From NCBI GenBank assembly GCA_000442015.1, contig KE560785.1, forward strand, positions 1 through 48,766: a DNA stretch of 48,766 nucleotides. Direction: 5' to 3'. Of this stretch, positions 27,291-40,053 are shown piece after piece (position 1 is the stretch's first letter; each line of letters begins with the position of its first letter). This DNA comes from Rozella allomycis CSF55. Lineage: Eukaryota. The position numbers were made by a program, and so were the translations under genes. A model generated the notes under the pieces. The model had not been told where the DNA came from. It saw nothing but the letters and a program-made list of their open reading frames with translations, and ran no database searches.

Positions 27291-28775
27291 TTAGTTAAAT
27301 ATTTTGCGGGGAATAATTGAAGGAACGCTGCTCCACTTGGAAACGGAAGACAGTCTCTTCTTTTGTATTTCTAGAATTCTTTCATTTACATCTGTTGCAG
27401 CAAGCGTATTTACAGAATCCATTTTAGCGTCCAAGTTATTTTCAATAGAAGTCAGCGGTATGTCCTCTTCTTCATCTTCTACATGGAAGCCAAGGATACT
27501 GAGATCAAGATCTTCAGCGTTCATTTTCGTGTCTGCCATAAAGTTATATTTCCCATACCCTCTATTTGGTTTACTAATACCTTTGAGCGCTTTTGAAATC
27601 ACATTTTCTTTCAAATCCTCCTCTTTCGCTATCCAAAGAGCGTTGAGGTCTTTTTCAGTCTCATGCACCGACTTTTCATGTGGGCGAATATCAATGGCTT
27701 CCTCAAATGCCAATTTCCTCAATTCATACCCTTTTCTGCTTAATGAAGCATCACAAATATGCGTGCGATCAATCCATTTTGACGAATACAAATCATCAAG
27801 CCGTTTTTCATATTCCAAGTTGTTTGCTTTTTGAACAGGAGATATTGAACGAGGCACTTCATCGACAGGTTCTTGTATTTCAACTTGTTTGCTAAAATTT
27901 ACAGGCTCGGATTTTAGCTCAGAGCTATGGATAGAGTAATTGGACTGAATATCTTCCTCATCCATTATCCTATTGATCATGTTATTAACTAGCACTAGAG
28001 TTTTCAACTTGGTCTTCTTTGGGTCACATATCTTTTTAAATGAAAGCTTCAACAATCTTTTAGTGTCCAGGTCCACGATGCAAGAAAATTCTGATGAGTT
28101 ATCCTCAGCATTTACGGCTATCGATTGTCTGTGGTTTCTTTTCAAGTACTTCCAGCTTGCTTTATCTTCCTTATAAGGAATGGAAATTCGGCGAAGAGTT
28201 ATTAACTTTGGAAGTTCTTCATCGAATTCTGGTTCTGGAGAAGAAAGCCCATCTGAGGATATGCAATAATCCTCACAACGATTCTCGTCATCTGATTGCA
28301 CATCTACTCCTTTAAATTCCATTCTCAATGAAGAATTTCTACGTATTAACTTGCTGTTATCCTTTTTGAAGTCTTGCCGCGGAAAACATTCGTTTGGATT
28401 GTCATCAAAGGAGAAGAGGAAGACTTTAATTGTTTTGTCCCTGGAATCCAAAGATAGTGTTCTTTTAGGGAAGTATTTATGTCGGGAACTCTTTTCAGTG
28501 TATGATTGAGACCTTATCAATTTCGGGCGTGACATGTGAAGAAAAGATAGTGTTCTTTTTACAATTTCTTTTGGTTTTTCATTCAAATCAGCCTGAAAGT
28601 TTATTGGTTGCTTCGTGTCAGCATTATTAGTCGTCTCAAATGATTCCTCTGTGGAAGTTACAATTTCAGGGAGATTGATTTGTGGGTGAGCTTGAAGCCA
28701 TTCTTTGAACGCCTTTGGATTGGTTTTTGGGTGCACAGAATATGGAAGCCATAGTGTTTCAAATGCGGAAGTCAT
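27291..28775 (-). CDS. Zds1-like protein (PP2A-Cdc55 regulator family)
   Basis: N-terminal LWLPYSVHPKTNPKAFKEWL resembles the Zds WVPAxxHPxxxPxxF motif; LLKLSFKKICDPKKTKLKTLVLVNNM resembles the Zds_C motif; intronless. Confidence 0.6.
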   Translation of the reverse strand: MTSAFETLWLPYSVHPKTNPKAFKEWLQAHPQINLPEIVTSTEESFETTNNADTKQPINFQADLNEKPKEIVKRTLSFLHMSRPKLIRSQSYTEKSSRHKYFPKRTLSLDSRDKTIKVFLFSFDDNPNECFPRQDFKKDNSKLIRRNSSLRMEFKGVDVQSDDENRCEDYCISSDGLSSPEPEFDEELPKLITLRRISIPYKEDKASWKYLKRNHRQSIAVNAEDNSSEFSCIVDLDTKRLLKLSFKKICDPKKTKLKTLVLVNNMINRIMDEEDIQSNYSIHSSELKSEPVNFSKQVEIQEPVDEVPRSISPVQKANNLEYEKRLDDLYSSKWIDRTHICDASLSRKGYELRKLAFEEAIDIRPHEKSVHETEKDLNALWIAKEEDLKENVISKALKGISKPNRGYGKYNFMADTKMNAEDLDLSILGFHVEDEEEDIPLTSIENNLDAKMDSVNTLAATDVNERILEIQKKRLSSVSKWSSVPSIIPRKIFN

Positions 28776-29064
28776 GAAACAGGGGACATTGTTTACAAAT
28801 TTAAATTGCTATTACAGGAGCAACTCCGTAACAAAATATGTTTTCTGCTTTTTAGTTATATTACTTTCACGGCTTTCCCTCTTAAATTATCAAATAGTAA
28901 TGTATCTTTTTCAATTTCAACGCTATTTGGCAATGTGTCGTGTAAAAAAGTATAAATACGGAAATGTTGATATCTAATGACTAACCTTTAAAGAAAGCTT
29001 TAAAAAATTAAATAACCCGTAATGTAATTTTTGAGTTTGCTTTGTTTTCAAAAATAATAACAAA

Positions 29065-31506
29065 ATGTCACAGACTGAGACGATAAAAATTTATGGACGA
29101 ATACGTCCATTTAAAGTGAACAGAAATATTGCCCATGATCCAAACAATAATCAATCTAAATATCTCCTCGAGAAAGAAAATGAGGGAGATTATAAGAAAG
29201 ACAAACTGACAATTCAAGTGACCAAGGCTAATGCATTTGATATAATTAATAATCAAAAAGAAAAATATGAATATTTATTCAATGGGGTGTTCGATATGGA
29301 TGCGAAACAGGACGATGTGTTCCAAGTTGTTGCACAGGATGTCGTGGTAAGCAAACTAGAATCTTTTTCAGAAAGAATAGTGCTCTTGACGGATTTAACG
29401 GCACAATATTTGCTTATGGACAAACAGGTTCCGGAAAAACATTTACAATTACTGGCGGTGCTGAAAGATATTCTGATCGAGGTTTGATTCCGCGTACCCT
29501 TCAATACATTTTTAAAGAAATATCACGAGTAATTTGCAGTTTTGATTGTGAAAGAGAAAAGACTATTCTTATACTGTACAAATATCCTATTTAGAAATTT
29601 ACAACGAGAATGGGTACGATTTATTGGATGATACACGTGATGCTAAAAAATTGGAGGATTTACAAAAAGTATCTTTAATGGAAGATGACGATCAAGTAAT
29701 TCATATCAAGAATCTGTCATGCCATACAGCCAATAATGAGGAAGAAGCACTTAATTGGCTTTTTGTCGGTGATACTAATAGAATGATAGCTGAAACTCCT
29801 AGTAATCCCTCCTCATCCAGATCTCATTGCATTTTCATAATATCGCTTATTGCTCGCAAAATAGGTAGCGACGTAGTTTTGAAGTCTAAATTGCATTTGG
29901 TTGATTTAGCTGGGTCTGAAAGAGTCAGCAAAACGCAAATAGATGGAACTTTATTGAAAGAAGCGAAACATATAAATCTTTCCTTGCATTTCCTTGAGCA
30001 AGTGATTGTGTCGCTTCATGAGAAAAGTATGGGGAAGAGAGCACATGTGCCTTACCGCAATTCGATGATGACATCTGTTTTAAGAGATAGCTTAGGAGGG
30101 AACTGCAAAACAACTATGATCGCGACAATAGCCATGGAAAATAACTTAATAGAAGTACAACCTATAAACTTGGTACAATTTAGGAATCTCTTTCGACTTG
30201 TAGGTTCGCACAACGCGTGGCCCTTATTCGAAATGATGCGAAAAAGAACGAGGAAATCGATCCATATTTGATTATTGAAAAACTGAAGATCGAAATATCG
30301 CAATTGAAAGAGGAGATATCCTTACTTAGGGGTGGTGAATCATCTGAAGAATTGACAGAAAATGAAAAAGAAGAGTGCAGAGAAGCAGTAAATACGTATC
30401 TGAAAACAGGATTCGACATACAATATAGAGATTTTAGAAAAATTAGATACTGTTATTCAATTATTAAAGTACGGAAGATATAAATTGTTTATAGAATTTT
30501 ATTAACACATCTGGATCTACAGAAACCAATGCCAAAGGTTTTGGTGAGGTTGATAGTGTTCAAATAAAGAAACTTGAGCAGCAGGTTCAGCATAGGGACC
30601 AAGAGATAAGTACAAATCGATACACAACTATCATAGGCGTTTTGATAGAAATGCTCAAGAAATACAAAGCCAAAGACTCTAGTGTTGAAGGCAAAAAATA
30701 TAATGTAGAAAAAACTGTTAACGATATTTGGGCTCAAAAAGTAATTTTTTCATTCAATTATAAAAGACTAATGAACGTTCTGATGATGCACTTTTGGATT
30801 CAACTGCTAACAAAGCCAGAATATTGACTTCAAGCACGACAGATACCCTTCCTACCCCACAAATAACAAGTAATATTAAATAAATATTATCAATAGATAA
30901 ATTTTTGGACTTTGATGCATATCTTCAAGCGAGGCCTGACGAATCAGCAAAGCTTCAGAACGCTCAAAAACAAATGATGCAAAAAGTAGCATATGCTCGA
31001 TCATTAGGCGAACAATTAACATCTTTAAAGGATGAAATATGTATTTAATTAATGATATTTCATTACAGTGAAGACTAAAACAACATTGGAAAAATACCGA
31101 GCTAGTGTAGCTGTCAATCAGCTAAAAGACGGAAGTGCTTCCTTAGACCAACAGTCAGAAGAGGAGAAAATCTTAAGAATGAGGCTAAATGAAAGCAAAT
31201 CAGCGTAAATTTTTCTGACTATGTGCATTTAGTTACCAAAGAATTGTTGAACCGTTAAGAGAGGTAAAAACCGAAATTGGGCATTTAAAACATTCCATAG
31301 ACACGATTAGAATTCAATTGCAGCAAGGATACGAGAAATGGAAAGTGGAGAATGAACTTGCCGACAAAATTCAAAGCACGCAAAGAATGGAAATATTCCC
31401 AGGCGATTCAAACAAAAGTATCTTATCCAGACCCACGTCTTCATGGTCTGGTACGAGGAATAATTCAATCGTTATGAGACCGGGCTCATCTAAAATGTTT
31501 AAATAG
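29065..31506 (+). CDS. KIF6: Kinesin-9 family ciliary motor
   Basis: [98 protein letters not shown]; nine introns of 26-29 nt. Confidence 0.9.
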
Positions 31507-31653
31507 CAGAATAAATAATTTTATGGGTTCATTTAATTTTACACTGTAAATTTTCAATTCAATGTAATGATTAATATGTGCATTATGTCAATCTGTAGAT
31601 CAATTAAATCGGATTTTGTAATTTTCTGTTTGTTTCCAGGGTTTTCGGGGTAA

Positions 31654-32684
31654 ATGATGCGCGAGGCAATTACGACATATTTTATTCTATTTTTACTTTT
31701 TTCTACATCATCTGCCAATTTAACACAAAAAACTCTATATTCTTATGACGAAAACACAGCAATGGACAATTCTTTTGAATCCCTTTCAGCCAGAGTCAGG
31801 CGCTATTTCTTTTCATTATACATAAAAATACTTGAGCATTCTTATCTGATTTTTGAAGATTCTAAAGACCCGCAAAGAGATGTCACTGATGAGAAGGTGA
31901 AGGAAACGTTGGCACGCTACGCAAGACTATCCGCGGCATCATACTGCCGAGCAAACGCACTAAAAAATTGGTCATGTGGAAAAAGATGCATTCCAGGCCT
32001 TGAACCAATACATGTTATTAAAGGCCCAATACGTGCATATGTGGCAACAGATCCGAATGAAAAAGAAATCATTGTTTCAATCCGAGGTAACATATTCATT
32101 AACATATTTTAAAAGGATCGCAAACATTAGCAGACATGATTACAGATTTTAACGCGAAAATGGTCGATTTGTTGTTTGATGACATCAATGTGGGCAAGGT
32201 ACACCGCGGATTTTTGGCTGCATCGATTCCTATCATAAACGAGTTGAAACCAATACTTTTGGAATTTAAGTTACTAAATCCCGAATACAAGGTGACGATA
32301 ACAGGTCATTCCCTAGGCGCTGCGCTAGCAACCTTAATAGGCGTGGATTTGCATTTCACATCATTTCCCAATGAAAAAATATCTGTGTATTCTTTCGGCG
32401 AACCAAGGGTAGGTGATATGACGTTTGCGAAGAATCTGACGGATCTTTCTGAAAAGCTGAATATCTATCGAATAACACATGAATCAGATCCAGTTCCACA
32501 TCTTCCACCAGTCCGTCTTGGATTCATCCACCACAATGACCAGCATTTTGTAACCAAATCGAACGATCGAATATTTCTTTGTCCATTTGACCTAGAAAAC
32601 GACATTTGCGATGTGAAAAGAAGGATAGTTTCAATTATCCCGCATTTGAACATTCTAGGAGTAAATTTCGGGCCGTATTGCTAG
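31654..32684 (+). CDS. Secreted class 3 lipase
   Basis: Signal peptide; SAASYC, IVSIRGS, VHRGF, TGHSLGAALA, FGEPRVG, DPVPHLPP; one 29-nt intron. Confidence 0.92.
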
Positions 32685-32774
32685 GTCTATGCATTGCTAT
32701 AATCAATAAAGGGGCTTGTGTGCTTGTGATTTTGCAATTTATGAAATTTCGAGAGTTTGTTGATCCTAACAACC

Positions 32775-34390
32775 ATGAGTTTGGCGAATATTGGAGGCTA
32801 CAAGGTACGATTGTAAGTTGAGTTATATAGAAAAACCAGTACCGACCCGATGTGCTTGTTGCGCAGCGGCAGAAAGAGGAGATGGAGCGACAGAGGATGA
32901 TTGATACCACAAATTATTATGCAGAATCTGCTAGAAGAGTATATTAATGATTTTAGATTAATCAGAGTGAATTTGAAAAGAGTACAACGCTGGCGATTGA
33001 ACGAAACAATATCCGCAAGCGGTATAATGAATTGAAGCAAGAGGCTGAATCCAAGTTGGAAGAGAGGCGAGAAAAGTAATTTATTTATGGGTGTGATATT
33101 AGGTTGCGAGAGTTGATTAGACAAGACATGGCGCGATGGCAGCACGAACTAGAGAAGCAGGAGATGACTCCAGAGCAGAAAAGAGAAGAAATGCGTGAGC
33201 GTGTGAGACTAGCCAAAGAAAGAAGAGAATCAGAGCGCCAAAAGATTGTTGAAGAAAAGCTGGCGCAGAGATGGAGGTAACTGTAGGTTTGTTTTGAAAA
33301 TAGGAATGCGAACCAAGAGCTTCGACAATTGAATTCCAAGACGATAGAAAAGGAGGTGTTTTATGGAAGAAAGGAGCAGGTAGAGGAAAAGAAGAAGGTT
33401 GAGTTGCTGATGGCAAAGGAAAAGAAGTATTATGAAGATTTGTGGGAAAAGGAGCGGGAGAAGAAGGAGGAGAGAGAAAAGAGGGATTTGCGAGAGCGAT
33501 ATGAAAGAGACATGCGAACGATGAAGGAACTCAATGAGCAGATTGAGCAGTTGAGGAAGGCTAGGGAGGAGAGTAAGAAGATGCAAGAGGAGGAATGCAA
33601 GTTGAGGTTGCAGCAGGCGAAACTGATGGAGATGGAGGCGGAGCAGGAAGTTGAGAGGAAGCAAAGGGAGATGAGAAAACGAAAGGCTGAATTGGATCGG
33701 TATAATACGTATTACCAAGAGATGAAGCAAAAGGAGATGGAGCAAGAGTTGGAATTTGAAAAGAAGATTGTAAAGGAGATTATGGCGCAACATGAATCAG
33801 AGAAGAAGGATGTTCGTTTGGAGAAGCAAATGTTGATGAAGGAGACGCTGGAGTATTTGGCGTATTTGAAGGAGCATCAACAAAGGGAAAGGGAGAGAGA
33901 GATTGAGATTGAAAAGTTGAGAAAGGAAGAGGATATAAAAGTAAGGTGATGGTGGAAAGATGATAGATGTGGAGAAAGAGATTAGAGGTTATGGAAAGAG
34001 ACAAGAAGGCAAGACAGAAACTATTAAAGGAGGTAGTAGAAAGTCGACAAGCGCAAATTAAAGAGAAATGTAAGAGATGATGGATGAAATAATAAAGTGA
34101 AAGAAATAGAAGAGAAGAGGATGATTGTTAAAATAGAGCAAGAGAATTTGTTGAAAGAGATTGAGGATATTCAAAGGGAACAAAATGAGAAGCATTTGAT
34201 GAAAGAAGAAAATCAAAGAAATTATCATACAGTTTTGCAAGAGCAAATTAAGTATCAAAAGAGTTTGAAAGATAGAGAAAAGGAAACAGAAGATTTAGAA
34301 ATTGAATTATCAAAAGAAGCTGAAATGGAGTATCAAGAATTATTAGCAAAAGAAATGCAAAAGATTAACGATAGACTAAAAGTTCTTTGA
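32775..34390 (+). CDS. CFAP53: Cilia- and flagella-associated protein 53 (CCDC11, TPH-type coiled coil)
   Basis: LEERREKLRELI..TPEQKREEMRERV..RESERQKIVEEKLAQRWR..ELR matches the CFAP53 pattern; six introns of 26-28 nt. Confidence 0.8.
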
Positions 34391-34483
34391 ATAAACTTTG
34401 AAATTTAGATTTAGAATTTTAAGATTTAAAACTAGTTAATTAATTTATTTACTTGACTTTAAACTTTTTTCTCTTCAAACCCC

Positions 34484-37400
34484 TTAATTTTCAATTTCAT
34501 TCTTTGGAAGAGATTTTGATTTTTCATAAACAAAAGATCCAAGAGATTCCAAATTCACAACAAAATCGCCTTCAGTTTGAGAAACAAGACGATTAGTTTC
34601 AAAAGTAGTTTCATTTTTGTTTAAAACAAGATTTGTAGGACGAGAGAATAATTGATCATTTAAGATTGAAAATGGTTTCCATTGTTGAAAGATTGATTGT
34701 CTACCAAAAATGTATAAACCAAGTCTAGCTCTAGAAAGAGCAACAGTTAATCTCTTCAAATCTTTCAAATGCCCAACAGATTTAGTTTTAACAAGAGAAA
34801 GCAAAATATCTAAATGAAATTGAATAGATTGAATTACAGTCGTTTTGTTTACCTTGGAATTTATCAATTGTAGAAACATGGGGAATACCAAAATAGTTTG
34901 TCCAACCGCATCGTTGTTTTAAAACATCTTTGATTAATTCTTTCTGACCCAAATAGCTTGTGAGAATAGTAATTTTATCTTTTGGATAGCCAATCAGTCT
35001 CATGTATTGATAAACAGCAACAATGTATTCAGCTTCACCCAAATTCTGTATAAAGTGTGGAATTGGCTCAGTTTCACCTTTCCCTTGATAATCTTCAACA
35101 TTAATAAATTGATATTCAAATGCAAATCTTTATTAAATGAAATATAATGGAAATACCCTGGATTAGCTAGTGTAAATAACCCTTGATTAACATGATTCAA
35201 ATTTAAGAGATTATTGTATCTCCAATTGAATAGATTGGCTATTGAAGGACGACATCTTCCTTGTGAGTTTAATTGAATAAATGGAACACCAAGACGAATC
35301 AAACGATAAAAGAGAGACAATTCCATGTTAGAAAATGATTGTAATCCTCTGTGACGGATAATTGGAGGTAATTGATTATGATCTCCAATCAGAATTATTC
35401 TCTTTAAATGATTTCTATTCATATCATCTTTATCTTGTAATACTAGGGGAATGAATGATTCAATCTCTGAAACTTGTCCTGCTTCTTCTATTATCACTGA
35501 ATCATATTTAAATCCATATTTTATCAATTCTTGTCTCTTCAAACTAGCAAATGTACATGTCATGGCTATAATTCTTGCCTCTTTCATCAACAGATAATTG
35601 TTTCTATCATATTTAGTCTTTAATGTTTCAAATGGCATCAAATGTTCCAAATCATTAAACTTTCTTTCAATATAATTTATGCAACTATTCAAGGTGTGAA
35701 TAGAATGAGTAAAAGTAGTAGTAGAAGTAGAAGTAATTGCTTCTTCGCTTGCTTCCCTTGAAGTATTGAAATAATTCTTGAATGGAAAGATTGCTTCAAC
35801 ATCTTCATTTCCATCTTTAATCTTTTCATTAAACTTAATAATCAAAGGTTTAATATAATAAAGATAGAAATAAACAGCAGTCTCACAAGTAAACCCATGA
35901 TCACCTGGAATAGAAAGGGATTTAGCCAATTCATCAACAAACTTTAACAATTCATTCTTTTTATTCATAAAATAATCAACTCTTCCCAACTGTGAATATT
36001 TCTCTTCTATTTTCAATTCATCTTGTCCAGATCCCAATCTCAACAAATGTCTCTCCAAAACATCCTTTTCCGATATCTTTTTAAACAATGAATCCAACGC
36101 TTGATTTGAATGCGTTAATACTACAATCTTTTGGTTTGGATAATTCTTGTACAAATTATAAATCATTTGAACACAAACATCTGTCTTTCCTGTTCCTGGT
36201 GGCCCAACTATCAACGTCATCCCCTTGTTCATTCCTGACCTTATCGCCTCCACTTGATTCTCTGTAAATCTAATTTCATTTCTCGGTTTAAAATCTTCTC
36301 TAATCAACCTTTCTTCATTATACGCAATCGCTTCAATCTCTTTCTCTTTAAAATTCAAAATATATCCCTTCTTTCCTTCACACTCTTCTTCCTTTGAATG
36401 GATTGATACTTTTTCATTCTTAAAACTTTCAATCAAATGAGATTCATCAACAAATGTATCACAAAAGTTCAATAACCCTTCTTCTTTTATCTTTACTGAA
36501 TTTGGATCCCCATAACCCAAAATAATATCTCTGCTCCATTCTGGTAACTCAATATCTTTCTTCATCAACTCTCTTATACTACTCAACGCTCCCTTATAGT
36601 TATTATTCCTGGGCTTTCTTCTCATCACCAAATTAAACATTGAATACTCTCCATCTCTTCCATTCTTCAAATCATTCTACATCATTTTAATAAAACCCTC
36701 TTACGTCGTACTGATTAACATCCAAATAAACCTTCACAGTCTTGTAGCCTTCAATCTTTTCTTCACTCTCATCTTCAGCCTTTTCATACACTTCACATCC
36801 TCTAATCATCGTTATCCCATAATGATCCTTGAATGACTTATCTTTACTATACGCCGTATTAGTCTCGGGAGTTGCTTGAATAGAAAGCAACAACAACACC
36901 TCGTTCTGTCTAATACTCTCCCACTCTCTTCTTAATGTATCATTCAACATCGACACTGAATAAGAAACCTCGGCACACACAAAGCCTGGCTTACTCTCAC
37001 CCACTCTTGCCTTGCCTACATCCATAATCTTAAACGAATGAATAGGCAATGCCATTCTGCTCCATCCAGTAAACTCTGTATATGCACTAGTTGTACAAGT
37101 TGGTCTCATCCTCGACACAACATCCTCAACATCCATTCTCACATCATACAACGAATGCATTCTAAACAAATGAAAATTTCTCATCAAATAGTCATGAAAA
37201 CTCAAATACTGCAACGTCAATTTAGGCACAGGAAGTATCTCATCTCCAGTATCAATAGTCACTTGATCATTAAACAATATCTCTTCATCTGGATACAAAG
37301 ACAAATCATTAATATTCTCCATCTGCGACAATTTCCTTTCGTATCTTTGAACAATCACCTCAACTAGTATCTCTCTCTCAACTTTCACATCTCCAAATTC

Positions 37401-38290
37401 AGTTCTTATCCCCACANNNNNNNNNNNNNNNNNNNNNNNNNNNNNNNNNNNNNNNNNNNNNNNNNNNNNNNTCTTCAAAATAAAACTGCAAATTATCTCT
37501 CTCCCTCACCTCGCCAATATTGCTCAATGCCAAATCTTCCAACTCTTCCTTAAACTTTGAAAACGCCAACTTTTGAAGCTCAACAACCTTTCTCGTTTCC
37601 CTCTCATTCTGCTCCTCCTCACTATACCCCTCCCCACTATACTCATCAACAGGAAACCAAACATAAAAACACAGCGTCGCATGCAACTGTCTCAACAACC
37701 TATATCCCCACCAATAACCACTTACATCGCTTCAGGCACCCCAAACACTGGCGACATCTTGACCCGCACACAAAACTGCAAATCATCCACCAACGCTCTC
37801 ACATACTTGCGAGTAGGCAGCTGACTCAACAAATCATTGAACAACACAATCACATGCTCAACAAACGGCAGCCACTCTATCCCCTCAATCTCACTTCCAA
37901 TCACCCCATACACCCGCTCACAAAGCACCTTCAACACATCACACCGCTCATCCGCCTCCTTGACACTTTTATTATACCGCTTCCTAGCACCACTAGCCTC
38001 AAGCTCAAGCTCCAACCTTCTGCCACTCAAATGTCGCCAAATGCCAACAGAACACATCTTCAAAAGATCAGGCCGGATCTCCTCATTGTCAATTTTGCCA
38101 AAACAATGGGCTAGAAACTTTACTAGCATCACACTCTGCCCCAAATCAGTCGGTGATATCAACTGCTTCATAGTGCTCTTCAAAAGAATCGGCAAAAGTG
38201 TGTCGTCTTGGTACAAGTAGTAATCTTCTATTTGTTTATGCTATTTTAGTGGAGAAAAGGCGTTACTAGACTGACACTCTTCGTTTTCAT
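34484..38290 (-). CDS. AQR: Aquarius/IBP160/Cwf11 intron-binding spliceosomal helicase
   Basis: [108 protein letters not shown]; at least five introns of 26-29 nt; N-gap 37416-37471. Confidence 0.93.
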
Positions 38291-38584
38291 TTCCCTTGAC
38301 TTAGCCACTGGCTAGTTTGGTTAAAGGTTAAAAGAATGTTGTTTGTGTAGATTTTAAAGGTTGAAAAGGTACACTGTTTTGGGTTGCCGACTTAGGTTTC
38401 CTGCTTCTAGGCGGAGTGTGTTATCTGATCAATCTTTTATCATATAAGATGTTTTGAAACTTTGAATCAGACACTACACGCGAAATATTGATTGTTTATG
38501 CACCCAAAAAATCTTGACAGTAGATTAAAAACAGCTTTATTTTATACTATTGCTTGAAGTCTTGAAACATATGTTGATATGGGT

Positions 38585-38855
38585 AATAAAACAGCTCTAT
38601 TAATTTAACGCACATACCTTATTTTTTAATATTCCTATTGGGGATTTTGTTTATTAATGATTGTTAATTCGTTATATATCTTGCATGTTTTAGTGTGATA
38701 TGTACATACANTATATGTAAATTTGTAATAAAACAGCTTTATTGATTTTACGCAAAAATTATATCTATTTTTCACATTCCTATCAACGATTGTGTTCATC
38801 AACAGTTGTTAATTCGTTATATATCTTGCATGTTTTAGTGTGATATGTACATACA
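38585..38855. repeat. About 130-bp imperfect direct duplication around n38711
   Basis: taataaaacagct...ttgttaattcgttatatatcttgcatgttttagtgtgatatgtacataca occurs twice; the last ~50 nt are identical and the 5' halves have diverged. Confidence 0.65.
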
Positions 38856-39183
38856 TCGTAGTTATACAGCACGTGATGAGACGATGTGTATGTACGTAAA
38901 GCTATGTAGTTAACTATTATCTCTTGGTCAGAGATTAAAATAGAAATTTCTATTATTAGGTCTAGAAGGAGATCTACCAAAATTTGGGTCAGGTTCGGGT
39001 CATTACTTTTAACCCACTGTATCGGAACCTCGCATAAGATCAAGTAATTCATTCGAACAAGTCCACACAGGTGAGCATTCCATCTACAAAAAGAATCTAT
39101 TTTAGATCTATGGCGGAGTTATTTTTAGATGAAGCCACAAATAATTGGGAGTATTCACTGCGCCACACGTAAAAACGTTAGAG

Positions 39184-40053
39184 ATGAACGTCCATCCGAT
39201 GGGCGACCTTCAATACTATGCTAATATGCCAACAAGTCCGAAAATCGAAAAGAAGCCAAGACGACCGCGAACCAAATTTACAAAAAGACAAATTGAGGTT
39301 CTAGAACGGGTCTATGAGAAAATTACCTTGCCTAAACTTCATTTAAGAAATCAACTAGCTGCCAGATTAGGTCTTGAAGAGCCTGCTATCAAGGTTTGGT
39401 TTCAAAATCGTCGCTCTCGAAGAGCATCAACCGTTGCCACTAGTCCCACGTCCCTTCAAATATGTTGCATGAAAATTATGCTCAATGGTCTATACGAGAG
39501 TGACAAGCACGTGAAGCTTTTCTTGAATCCGTCGGGGAACGAGTTAATCATTGAAGTCTATGTGTCCAATCTCGGTCTGGTCAAAATCCAAACTGCTTTA
39601 ACGCAGCTCTTAGCTTTTATCTGGGATATCAGCGCCGCGGAGTCTGCCTATCGCTGTTTAGATTTGACCCTCCGGGATAAACCATCCTTTTACAAAAGGA
39701 TAACCACTGGTTGGGAGAGATGCGACGACCCTTTTAATGTTCTTCAACTATCATCAGAATTTAGAATTAAACTATTTTCTGAAATCGCTGAATTCGAAGT
39801 ATTTTGGTCAACTCTAGATGTCGTTTGCCCTGCTTTAAAGGAAAAGAATGGAAACATGTGTGCACTTTCTCCATTGCCTGAAGGTGCACCCAACGAAGAG
39901 ACATTGGACTGGCTTGATGGAATTTTATCGGAAGAAACATTTAAATCGTCGCCTGAATCGTCCCCAATTCAACATCATCATAGTCATCGTCCTCATTTTT
40001 ACGAACACAATGGTAACGACTGGTCCCAATTCTTGAATTTTGACAAGGAATAA
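39184..40053 (+). CDS. Homeodomain transcription factor with a possible HOY1/TRF2-type PH-like domain
   Basis: KPRRPRTKFTKRQIEVLE..LAARLGL..IKVWFQNRRSR; downstream LTLRDKPSFY..GWERCDD; start codon uncertain. Confidence 0.85.
   Translation: MNVHPMGDLQYYANMPTSPKIEKKPRRPRTKFTKRQIEVLERVYEKITLPKLHLRNQLAARLGLEEPAIKVWFQNRRSRRASTVATSPTSLQICCMKIMLNGLYESDKHVKLFLNPSGNELIIEVYVSNLGLVKIQTALTQLLAFIWDISAAESAYRCLDLTLRDKPSFYKRITTGWERCDDPFNVLQLSSEFRIKLFSEIAEFEVFWSTLDVVCPALKEKNGNMCALSPLPEGAPNEETLDWLDGILSEETFKSSPESSPIQHHHSHRPHFYEHNGNDWSQFLNFDKE

Noticed and set aside
33230-33793. Antisense ORFs such as 33230-33793, 3801-4406, 37557-38114 and 44125-44604
   Set aside because: These are shadows of strongly purine-biased coding strands and show no independent protein features.
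39030-39050. U2 snRNA-like taagatcaagt
   Set aside because: The branch-pairing GTAGTA and the rest of U2 are absent, so this is a chance 11-nt match.
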